Assembly: GCA_035084275.1 (NCBI GenBank)
Contig: CM068748.1
Span: 4,464,001 to 4,528,000 of the forward strand
Direction: 5' to 3'
DNA from: Hydrolagus colliei
Taxonomy: Eukaryota
DNA length: 64,000 nucleotides
The notes under the pieces are model-generated. The model was not told the origin of the DNA and searched no databases. It worked only from the letters and a program-made list of their open reading frames with translations. Shown here one piece after another: positions 25,592 to 35,832 of the stretch; the stretch's first letter is position 1, and every line of letters starts with the position of its first letter. Position numbers and translations under genes: made by a program.

Positions 25592-27730
25592 ATATGGCTC
25601 AGTTTCACTCAGATCACTAGCATTACTAACTGAGTTATCAGGTGAATTGCATAGTTACATAGATCTTAACTATGATTACAGTCTGAGAGTAATGGTTTGT
25701 ATATTTTGGACGGTAACATTCAGATTTGGCTGTTGGAGTAACAAAGGAAAATTGTTTTGAAACCAGCAGAGAAATGCAGATATTAAAATTTGACGCGTGT
25801 GGCCCCCTGTTTGGAAAATATATGCACATTTACACAAAACATTGCATTTCTTAAGAATTGTGTTCCATTCAACAAAAGTACATCTGCAAATAAGGTATAT
25901 TTAATCTTGGCCCATGAATTAGAGTGCAATATCACTCTTAAATTTGTTACGGTTATACTAATTTAAATAATCTTAATCCCCAAAGTTTTAATATTGTAGA
26001 AATAGAAAGTGTATCATGCTGTCAAGCAAAGCAGTGATTTTAAATTTGTACAAGACATTATTTAGGTCTCGATTGCAAAATTACCCTGAATGTTGGGCAA
26101 TGCATTAGAGCAAGGCCAGCACAGTGATGATGAAGATACAATGGAAATTTGTGGAGGATGTGGAGTCATTTTTATGTGGAAATACATGCAAGTTGGGACT
26201 TTTGGGTGGGAAAAAAAGGAGGTTAAAGGGGCCGCAATTTTGTTTTTTTTCACAATTATGCATGGTTTTATAGATTAAATGCCCTAATTCCATAGATCAA
26301 TGAGTTGGATATAAATCTTCTAAAGTTCTCTTTCTAAAAGCGTTGACGATTAAACCCCAGCTTTTCTGCTTGTTCTACAGCACAAAATGATGGTCCATCT
26401 CTTCACAGTTTTTCTGGTTTATGAAGAGCAGTTCTGTAGGGCACAACATTTGTCACCCAATTGTGAAGCGTAGGAGAAAGGCAATGCTGGGAAGAGGCTA
26501 AGTAAAGTTGTCTAAAGTCAATGAAGAATGATATTTTGAACGGTAAATTCTGCAGGCAAAATAAGGAAAGGATAACTTTGACATTGTAAAAGTAGCTCAA
26601 CAGAGATAGATGGTATCATAGATATTAACAGGAAAGTCACAGGATGGGAGTGTGTTTCTATAAAAGCTGTAAATCTGAAGATCAGGGCCACAGGGTGACA
26701 CTCTATCATCTGAATCATTTGATCTCAGGCATGGACTGACATTTCTTAAATGGATGAAGTACTGGGTCATTGTAAAAGGAAGAAGGTGCATAGTTCTCAG
26801 ATATACACCTGAATAGTTGGTTGTCAGTCTCAAGTTTATGGGCCATGTGAATCATGCTTTTAAAAAATGGACGTTACAAATCTGTATCTCATTAAACATT
26901 GTAATGCATTGCCATTTCTTAAGGATCAGGGAAAAATGTAATATTATAACTATTTCACAAACCACTGTTGGGTTATCATTAGATGTCAATGTTCTATTTA
27001 CATATGGGTCAACAGAGCAATCTAGTTAACAAAATGAAAAACGCTATAATTGAAATGTTAATATGACTAAAGAACATTTGAAACCATTCACCCAAGATAG
27101 CTCTTTGGTTACTTATAAGTTGTTTAATGCTTTACCAACAGGGTATTTGATTATTTTTCAAGATTTTTAATATAATTTGTACTTCTGTATGCCGTTGTGG
27201 AATTTCTGCAACTTGATTTATTGTAAACTGATAGTGATAATGAATATTTTTCAGAATTCTAGACATGTGTGAAGCTAGAAAGCATGCTTTCATGGAGAAC
27301 AGTTTCTGGTTAAGGAATAAAAAGTACGTAATGGAAATGTCCGGCATCCTGTTTGCAGACTTCATGCGTTGTAAAACATTGACTTTTTCAGATCACCGTA
27401 AGACAGATTGTCAATAAAATGTTACTAGATAATGTTCAAGATGGGTTTTTCTGGTGTTAAGTTTAAATGCCACAAGTGTAACTCTCTGAAGAAACAGCTT
27501 AACATCAAAAGAAAATAAAATAAATGTAGAGATTAACAAAAGCTATTTATTCCACTGGTTCCCTGGTACAAGGAATCCACCATTTCCGTCCTTTTCTGTA
27601 TTATAACGTGCATTTCAGTTGGCCACTACATTTCTCACCAAATCTAGGAAGAAATGAAGAAAATATATTCTTATGTCTAAATTCAATGGAGGGTGATACT
27701 TTGAATGACATATTCTGCAGGAAAATAATT

Positions 27731-28043
27731 CTGTAGCTCAGTGGTTAGAGCACTCGCCTTACAAGCGTGAGACCTGGGTTCGAATCCAGGCAAATCAAGG
27801 CGAAACTTTGGCAAGTTTCCTTATGCCACACACCTAATAATAATCCCTCCAAAAAAAAACACAATAATAAAAATTGGTCATTTCAATCCACAACTGTTTG
27901 TGGGACAGTCGCTATGCGCAATTGGCTGCCGCGTTTCACCCACAAATATACAGTGAATTCACCTTACAGTAAATTCTGTGAAGCCCTTTGAGACGTTGAT
28001 AAGATGTAAAAAGCGCTATATCAAATGCAAGGATTATTATTAT
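27731..28043 (+). mobile_element. Full-length tRNA-derived SINE
   Basis: A-box tagctcagtgg (27734), B-box gggttcgaatcc (27776), conserved body, L2-like tail with (TTA)n. Confidence 0.93.
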
Positions 28044-28046
28044 ATA

Positions 28047-28108
28047 TAATTATCCTTGCATTTGATATAGCGCCTTATCATGTCTTTGAAACGTCTCAAA
28101 GCATTTCA
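28047..28108 (-). mobile_element. SINE 3' tail in inverted orientation (tail-to-tail with 27731-28043)
   Basis: taattatccttgcatttgatatagcgccttatca...gtctcaaagc. Confidence 0.88.
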
Positions 28109-28419
28109 AAGGAAAAGGATAACTTAGACATTTTTACATCAGTTGTATACATATAATTTCCTTCACCATTTTAAACTGTAGGATACACTGAGTAAGTTAA
28201 CATCAAAATGTTTCCTCAGCAATATAAGTATAGTATTAGACTGCACTAAGATCTAAAGGTTTATTGCTGTACTCTTGCTGTGTGATGAAGTCATTAACTT
28301 GGTTTAAAACTGAGACCCTTTCTGCTTACTACCTTGAATCTGTCCTAAGTTTGACTAGCAGACTCAATGCTGGTGCACAGATTGAACAAGGTTAGATTAA
28401 AAATGGACAAGAATACTTG

Positions 28420-28757
28420 CGTATGCTTGCCTCACAAGCGACAGACTTGGGTTTGATTCCCAGCAGGATGAAATGTTGGGCAAGTTGCCTTACTCCACAT
28501 GTCTCTGTTCACCGAGCAGTAAGTAGGAACCCAGTTGTTAGTCGAATAGTGGATTACTTTTCCGAGGGTAATAAATAATAATAAATTGGTCACTTAATCC
28601 ACAACTGTTTGTGGGACACTGCTGTGCACAATTGTCTGTTGTGTTTTGCCCACAAAATATACAGTCAATTCGCTTTACTGTATATTCTGTGAAGTGCTTT
28701 GAGACATCTTGAAGACGTGATATGGCGTTATATCAAATGCACGGATTATTATTATTA
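28420..28757 (+). mobile_element. tRNA-derived SINE, variant subfamily with a different central segment
   Basis: gggtttgattccc B-box, same 3' half and tail as the other copies, but centre tctctgttcaccgagcagtaagtaggaacccagttgttagtc. Confidence 0.85.
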
Positions 28758-29017
28758 GTTGTTATAATTCCTTGGGTAGATAGTTTATCCTACATGTGAT
28801 ACAGCCTTTTTAATGATGCTCTGGATTTCAGAAGAACTGAAGCATCACTGACTGAAGGCTGTAGGACTTGGTTGACCAGCTCCTCCTATAACAAGCACAT
28901 TAGCTTTTTATTTGTCATACATGTGTTATGATTTAACAGCCTTTGTGATTTGTGTTTGTGATTTTCGAGCTAATCAAGCTGAGGAATGGAACATCTTTCT
29001 GCTCTCTGTGCCCAAGG

Positions 29018-29325
29018 TGGGTATCAAGCACTCCCATGTCAGGTATAGCGTGGTTTAAATACAGGGTAAAGCTCCTTTACTTTGACACAATGATGTACTT
29101 TAACCTCAACCTCAGAAGAACACTCTGCTGTACCGGTGTGACCTTTCCATTTCCCACATCAGCCATCCTTATGGCTGCTCTGAATGAGACTGCCAATTAG
29201 TGTTGAAATATGGGCAGTTTTGTGCTGTGAACTGGGTGAGACTGCCTGAACTCATTTTACTTAGGACACTTACAGCAAGCACTTCATTTCTTCAGACTGG
29301 GCTGGCTTCAAATCCAGACTGCGTA
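29018..29325 (-). mobile_element. LF-SINE-like element
   Basis: Reverse complement has, in order, ctggatttgaagccagcccag / aaatgagtt..gcagtctcacccagttc / cactaattggcagtctca / gttgagg / gctatacctg, matching my recollection of the LF-SINE consensus. Confidence 0.6.
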
Positions 29326-29664
29326 GAACTGTACTGACTCGACCCTTCCTGCAACCTTAGCCATCATTTGTGTTCCTACATTCATCACCGGCAGAAGGAT
29401 TGATCTAGTGGAGGAACACATTCATGATGGGTGATTTCAAGGCGCTCATTAGAAAACATTCTTTTCCAGGATCATGGTTCTACTCAGCACAGAGGCCCTG
29501 GACTTAATAAGAGCTTACTTGATGTTGCACATAAATTTGTACATAAAAGATTTGACTACATTTTTATTATCCTCATATGTATCATGAGTACTACAAGCCA
29601 CATTGCACTTTTATTCTTATCCATGTATCATGCATTTGTTCAAATTATAGCTGATATGGCTGGC

Positions 29665-29760
29665 CAGCGTCTTGGGACGTCCCCATCGCCTTGGGAAGTC
29701 CTCCTGATGTGAAGGCGCTATACAAAATTATACAAGTGTAATTATGTTGTTCTTGTTGGT
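29665..29760 (+). mobile_element. L2 3' tail remnant with small internal duplications
   Basis: cttgggacgtcc...ccttgggaagtcctcctgatgtgaaggcgctatacaaa...ttgtt. Confidence 0.75.
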
Positions 29761-29916
29761 TGTCTAATTTCACTGCAAAACTAGACAGCAAATCAGAACT
29801 GCTGTACTAGGTTTTTAGGCAAGGTGGTTTCTGAGAACTCTTAGCTGATCTTTTAAGACATTTGGAGAAATACATTCCATTCAGCTATAACATAAGTGCA
29901 ATATGTTTGATAGTAT

Positions 29917-30448
29917 GGAGTGCCATAGCATAGTGATTAGCACACTCGGTTCTAAGTGCTTTGAGATGTCGCAATGACATAATAAAGCGCTATATCACCT
30001 CCATCCTCACCCGACTCCACTGGCTTCCCATCACTCAGAGGATTCAATTCACAATCCCGGTTCACCTTCAAAGCCCTCCGTGACCTTGCCCCCACCCACC
30101 CTGTTTCCTTAGTTAGCAGGCTCCTGCCGGCTCCACGATACCCGCCCCACCATCGGCGGCCAAGCCTTCAGCCACTCTGCCCCCAAGTTTTGGATTTCCA
30201 TCCCGCAATTCCTCCGGCTCACCCCGTTCCTAGCATCCATCAAGTTCCACCAAAAAATCCCCATCTTCAACTGTACCATTAGTCACCCACCTTCCCTCCA
30301 CCCTCCCCGATCCCAACCTCAGCTCAGGTCCAAACCACTGACTGTCCAGTGCCTCGGGACGTCCTCATGACGTGAAAGGTGCTATTCAAATGTCATTTTA
30401 TTGTTGTTGAAATCAAGCTCAAGAATTATTATTATTATTGTTATTATT
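29917..30448 (+). mobile_element. Internally deleted SINE whose tail is interrupted by an L2 insertion (L2 about 29994-30409)
   Basis: SINE head tagcatagtgattagcac joined to tail ...gcgctatatca | L2 fragment (LHWLP, GGQAFS motifs, TTG tail) | aaatcaagctcaagaa(tta)n. Confidence 0.8.
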
Positions 30449-30559
30449 AAGTGACCTGCAAATTGCTGTTTAAAGATGCTGCATTATCTAGATCTTCTTT
30501 ACGACCAAAAATAAATTAAAAACGCCTCCTCCAACTGGGCTCACTCTATCCTCACTATC

Positions 30560-30800
30560 CTCATCTCCAAATACAAGGAGGGGATGGACTTCCAAATAAA
30601 TCGAGAGGATGCATTAGCTGACACTACCATACCAACCCCCACTTATCCCTCCTTCCATACCTTTAACCCTATCTCCCAACATCTCTCTCCTCCCTCATTT
30701 CTGGCCTGAAATCCACAATATGCTATCTAGGGCCGCATTTCAGTGCATTGGGATGAGCTCCTGGTGTGAAAGGTGCATTACAAATACATTTTTGTTGTTA
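30560..30800 (+). mobile_element. Old internally deleted L2 fragment
   Basis: C-rich L2-like segment followed by tail cagtgcattgggatgagctcctggtgtgaaaggtgcattacaaatac..ttgttgtt. Confidence 0.55.
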
Positions 30801-31049
30801 TAGACCTTTTCCTACTTTCTGGTCATCCAACTTGCCACCCCCACTCCAGCCGGCTGATGTCATCAACCTTTTAAGCTTCCAGTCAGCTGTATGAAGCATG
30901 TTGAAATGTGTTTTCAATGAGCCAGGTGTTACATAAATGCAAATTGTTCTTACAATTCATTGAGAAGCACAGTGGTTTATGTCTTTCAGTATACCTCACT
31001 TTTGCTGGCCAAGTTATATGTACTGCATTCCAGTTTCCTCATTCAATTG

Positions 31050-31310
31050 GAGCACAAACACATCTGTACTTTATAATGCATTATATATATGCAGCCAACA
31101 TTGATTACGTTTGCCAATTAGCACTTCATTTGTTGCCCAAGCTCGTGCCAGAAGGTATTTTAAATGGTAGCATTGATCTAATCCTGGCATGCAATAAATT
31201 ATGCAGTGTTAACTTGGCTTCTTGTGTCACAATGGATCTGCCAACAGCACACCATTGTTTAGTGGTGGATCCATCCAGAACACTGCGTGGCATTTCGGTC
31301 ACTTAATTTG
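31050..31310. promoter_or_regulatory. Candidate conserved non-coding element
   Basis: Unique island among many TEs; PBX-HOX-like tgattacg, caattag, caataaattatgca, SOX-like cacaatgg and ccattgtt. Confidence 0.3.
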
Positions 31311-31524
31311 TAGAAGGAATTTTTTCCATCTCTGAGCTTTTAGAGTTGAGCAACAAATATGCCGCAAAGCAACACCATCAGAAATGCTAAACATCTGGCA
31401 GCTTTATGGTGGGACTGTTTTGTAGCATTTATATAACTAGCAGAGTGTAAAAGTTCCAATATACTTTATTGGGGCAGCAAAGGAGCTTCTCCAATGTAAC
31501 ATTTGCTTTTACTAATGTATCCTA

Positions 31525-31862
31525 TAATAATAATAATCCTTGCATTTGATATAGAGCTTTTCACATCTTATCGATGTCCTAAAGCACTTCACAGAATATA
31601 CTATAAAGTGAATTGACTGTATATTTGTGCGTGAATCGCAGCAGCCAATTGCGCACAGCAGTGTCCCACAAATAGTCGTGGATTGAAATGACCAATTTTA
31701 TTATTATGTTTTTTTTGGGGACGGATTATTATTAGGCGTGTGGAGTAAGGAAACTTGCCCAAGGTTTCGTCCTGACCTGCCTGGATTCTAACACAGGTCT
31801 CCCCGCCTTGGTCTCCCCAGCTTGCAAGGCAAGTGCTCTAACCACTAAGCCACAGGAGCTCC
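31525..31862 (-). mobile_element. Full-length tRNA-derived SINE
   Basis: Reverse complement begins ggagctcctgtggcttagtggttagagcacttgccttgcaag; body and tail match 27731-28043; short duplication ggtctcccc x2. Confidence 0.93.
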
Positions 31863-32242
31863 TATTTCAATTGGGGTTTGGGTTAGAACAGTTCAATGTG
31901 ATGGACCTGTGTCTGCTATATTTCAGTTGTTTTTGTCATGCAGAGATTATTGTGACTGTAGCACTAAAAGCCTTTATGTTTTTAAATGTTGTTCACTAGA
32001 GGCAGAGATTTTAATGGACTGCTTCACCGAGCTTCCCATGAGCCTCTGTACATCTGTAGGGTTTTAGCAGTGAAGAGTGGTATTAAAATTCCAAATGTGG
32101 AGCAGAATTTTACAACAGTGGGTCAGATTTCTGTGAAAAAGTATCACTGAACAACAACAGTAAATGATAATTTGTTGAATACTATTATGCCCAGGAATCA
32201 GTTCACCAATCTAGAGGATGTGCTAAACTTTGGTGGGCTATT

Positions 32243-32308
32243 TATGCTATATGCTGCATAAAGCAGTATATAGCATACTATATACTGTATATAGCAGTAT
32301 ATAGCATA
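32243..32308. repeat. Palindromic low-complexity repeat (TATAGCA/TACTG units)
   Basis: tatgctatatgctgc-ataaa-gcagtatatagcata followed by ctatatac-t-gtatatag. Confidence 0.8.
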
Positions 32309-32309
32309 T

Positions 32310-32678
32310 TCCCTCCTATCTCTCTAACCTACTGTCTCCCTATCAGCCTGCCCGCACCCTCCGTTCAGCAGACTGAGGCCTGCTCTGTGTCCATCGCCCT
32401 AACCACCCAACCATCGGCGGCTGGGCTTTCAGCCTCTCTGCTCCCACACTGTGGAACTCCATCCCACAGCCCCTCCGCCTTGCTTCCTCCCTTTCATCCT
32501 TCAAGGCCGGTCTCAAGACCTTTCTCTTCGACCGTGCCTTTGGCTGCCCCACTAACTCTTCCCCCTCTCCCATTCTCCTTCCCCTTCCCCCTGCTCGGGT
32601 CCTGACCTGACTGTTCAGCGCTTTGGGACAGCCTCCTGACGTGAAAGGCGCTTTATAAATGCAATTTTGTTGTTGTTG
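32310..32678 (+). mobile_element. 5'-truncated L2 LINE, second subfamily
   Basis: PSYLSNLLSPYQPARTLRS...GGWAFSLSAPTLWNSIP...FKAGLKTFLFDRAF with one internal stop; (TTG)n tail. Confidence 0.92.
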
Positions 32679-32719
32679 TATAATAAAAATACTGTATATA
32701 ATCTGCTTGTCCTCTATTA

Positions 32720-32835
32720 CACATTTTACCCACAAATATGCAGTCAATTCACTTTACAGTATATACGGTGAAGCACTTTGAGATGTCTAGAAGACGTGGA
32801 AAGCGCTATATCAAACGCAAGGATTGTTTATTATT
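32720..32835 (+). mobile_element. tRNA-SINE 3' portion
   Basis: cccacaaatatgcagtcaattcactttacag...gcgctatatcaaacgcaagga. Confidence 0.85.
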
Positions 32836-33030
32836 TGTCCATTTTTTAAAGCTCCAGTATTGAAAGCTATAGTATTTATAGAACAGAATTCCTAACAAAT
32901 GCTTAAAAGAGAATTGTTTTCCAGATTGCTTTGTTTAGAAATCTGCTGTTTTCAAACTCACTGACAAAATTAAACGTGCTTTGTAACTGAACTGGAACAA
33001 AATTGTTCTACATTGCTGTGTATTGTGACA

Positions 33031-33217
33031 AAACTGGTCACTCACTCCATGGCTGTTTGTGGAACATTGCTGTGTGCAACTGGCTGCCCCATTTGTCCCA
33101 CAGAATACATAGTCACTCCACTTTACGGTATATTTATTTTGTGAAGCGCTTTAAGACATTTCAATGTTATGATAAGGCACTATATCAAATGCAAGGATTA
33201 TTACATTTATTATTATT
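33031..33217 (+). mobile_element. tRNA-SINE 3' half
   Basis: tggtcactcactcc...ctggctgcc...gtgaagcgc...tatatcaaatgcaaggattatt. Confidence 0.85.
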
Positions 33218-33432
33218 CTAACCTTAACCCTAACCCAATTGGAAGAACAGACACAAAACACTTCAAGACTCAGAATATTCATAATCTAAACCGTGACTGG
33301 ACTATAATTCTCAAAGGATAAATATAAGTAAGTAAATGTTAAAAAAAAGACAATTGGCTGCCATTGTGACAGTAGGGGATGATTGTTTAATTACTTATCA
33401 GGACGAACAATTTGTTTGTATAGGTTGCCAAG

Positions 33433-33563
33433 ATGAACAGCGTAAGCCATTGCAAGCAGATGACAGCAGCACTGCGGAGTCCTCTTGGTATCATCCAAGT
33501 ATCTGGCTGTGAAGAAGGCATCCACTTCATTCAGCTCCAGGAGAAGTGTGTACCCGAGGACAG
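33433..33563 (+). CDS. MGMT: First coding exon of O6-methylguanine-DNA methyltransferase (partial CDS; exon spans 33424-33563)
   Basis: Acceptor tttgtttgtatag|, Kozak-like GCCAAGATG, donor CAG|gtgcgt. Translates MNSVSHCKQMTAALRSPLGIIQVSGCEEGIHFIQLQEKCVPED(R), aligning with human MGMT [33 protein letters not shown]. C7/C26/H31 match human Zn ligands C5/C24/H29, and the exon ends in phase 2 as I recall for human exon 2. Confidence 0.93.
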
Positions 33564-34735
33564 GTGCGTACAGTATGGTTGACCGTCTATTTGATCAATT
33601 ATAGCCATTGATAGTCAGAAAGAGAAAGCAAAAGATGCAGTTGATTTTACCCAACATTTAAAATTATAATCCGCAGTACTTCTTAAATAACATAACATTT
33701 CACTAAATTTAATAAAACGTTCACCTTGATTTATCTTTTAACGGCTTAGAAAGATCATCATACACTCAAAAGTCCATGTTCATCTCCATACTGCATACAT
33801 TTTGGGAGTCACTCAATATGTAGAAATATATTTCCTGTGAGTGGGTGCAAAGTTTACTCCCCAAGATGGTTTAGTAACTGGAATTATAATACATAGGGAA
33901 CTTTTATATTACAAAAATAATGCGATATAATTTGCAGTTGCAGAATGATTTGGAGTAGGAAACTTTTTTACTTATTGAAGAGTAGGTAGTAATACAACCA
34001 ACTATCTAATGTTACAGTATTGAAAAATAACATCTGACCCAAGTTTTTGGGGAAGAGTGGGTAACGTTTGCTAGTGGTCTAACTCCATGCAATGCCTATT
34101 AAATATCCCACAAACCATCCCTTATAACCATTTCTAAGTTGAAAAGTCAGAGTAGAATTTGTTCCAGTAAAATAGGAGTTATATTTTGCTGTCAGTATTG
34201 ATTCAATTCAAATCCAGTGACACAAGTTTAAAAAGTTAGAAGTAACAAAATAAGTCAGGTGGAAGTACCTTTAAACAAAGAGTAATAAACTTATATACAG
34301 TACTAGGAAAATCATCGAAGCAGACAATATAAGTGGGGTTGGAGAGAAAACAGGATATGTTTCTGAGAAAAGAAGGGTTGTGGGATGCAGTGTGGAGGCT
34401 GGCAATTAGGGTTAAGAACTACTGAAAGTCTAGCTGCCAATTCCAGAGTCTCTAATGCTAGTAATAGTTTGTGTCTTGACTTTAAAGAAGCTTTACCCTG
34501 TGTATTAGTATCACACCACTTAAATGCAATAAATGCTTAAATGCAAACTATCATTGAATTTTAAACGGATTTTAAAAGATTGACCGTATTTGGAACAGCA
34601 TTGTGGACTTATAGTCAATTTTTCAAATTTATAATGGAACTGATATGAATACTGCTCCCAGGGTATTTTGCTATTTAAAAAAACTCAAACAGTGATATCC
34701 ATTTGCTTTTGAGTAAAAACTTCTCAAATCAACAT

Positions 34736-35072
34736 AACAACAACAACAACAATTTACATTTATATAGCGCCTTTCACGTCGGGAGGACGTCCCAAGGCGC
34801 TAAACAAGAGGTGTGTGACCCGAGCTGGGAGGGGAGTGTTTGGGAAGGGGTGAAACACGAAGAGGAGGTAACAGAGTTCGGGGTGAAACAAAAGGCACGA
34901 TCGAAGAGGAAAGTCTTCAAATTGGCCTTGAAAGAGGAAAGGGAAGAGGTGAAACGGAGGGATTGAGGGATGGCATTCCATAGGGTGGGAGCGGAGAAAC
35001 TGAAGGCCCGTCCTCCGATGGTGGGGCGGTTCGGGCGGGGGGCTTGGAGCAGGCCAAGTCCTGTTGAACGGA
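34736..35072 (-). mobile_element. Young 5'-truncated L2 LINE, possible ACATAA target-site duplication
   Basis: Reverse complement of 25252-25591 with about 12 substitutions by hand count; acataa occurs at both flanks. Confidence 0.95.
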
Positions 35073-35832
35073 CATAAACTGCGGTTCATTACTGTCGGAA
35101 GTTTTAAGAGTTAAGTTGAAGATAATAGAAATCTTTTAATTATGGAATGATGTTTCTTCATTCAGTGAAATTACAAAGCACCATGTCCAAACCCTTCTCT
35201 TCAGTAGAGCACTCTGATGTCATGGCATTATACAGTTCTCTCCACATTGCAACCTGTTTAAGCAAGGTAAAGTTCTGTGCATGTGTATGGTGTGTACTGA
35301 TGCAGCCAACAATGCTATGTTAACTCGTGCCAGTTACATTTTTTATGTTACTAAAGAGCCGACAATTCTGTCGTTTCTTCACCAACATTAAAAATATAAG
35401 CGCAGTCCAGCAGTCTGTCACTGAAAGTTTTTTTTTAAATTGCTTCACACCAGCTACAGTTCTGCTATAGTCAGAGCGAAGCTACTGCTGTGTGGAATTA
35501 TCTGATAACAGTAGTTCCACACTCCTGCTGTTTAAGACTGTGTTCCTTAAACACTACAACCAACAGGCTCAAAGTTTACTGTATAACTACAAGAGGGCAT
35601 TAACCAATTTAGGGCTCCATTAGTGTAGATTACTGTGCAATGCGGCACTAGGCTTGCATTAAAATGATATCAACAAATCAATATTAAATAGTGGATGCAT
35701 TGAATACTGTAATTATAATAGTGTACAGTACATAACTGCTTATTGATTATCTTGCTTTAATTCATTCTGGAAGTGAAAATTTTGTCTTGTAAAGAATTTT
35801 AGAAGCGGAATGAGACAATACTACAGAGAGAT

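Noticed and set aside
27731-27800. Possible tRNA gene (A/B boxes, TAC or TGC anticodon-like loop)
   Set aside because: No proper acceptor stem, and it continues into a multi-copy SINE body, so it is a SINE head.
6357-28190. Other exon-like AG...GT units (6357-6410, 19554-19620, 20287-20309, near 18717, 24684, 26381, 28181)
   Set aside because: At least one weak splice site each and no recognisable peptide; such pseudo-exons are expected by chance.
33218-33236. Telomere-like (CCCTAA) repeats after a SINE tail
   Set aside because: Only about three imperfect units, too short to call an interstitial telomeric sequence.
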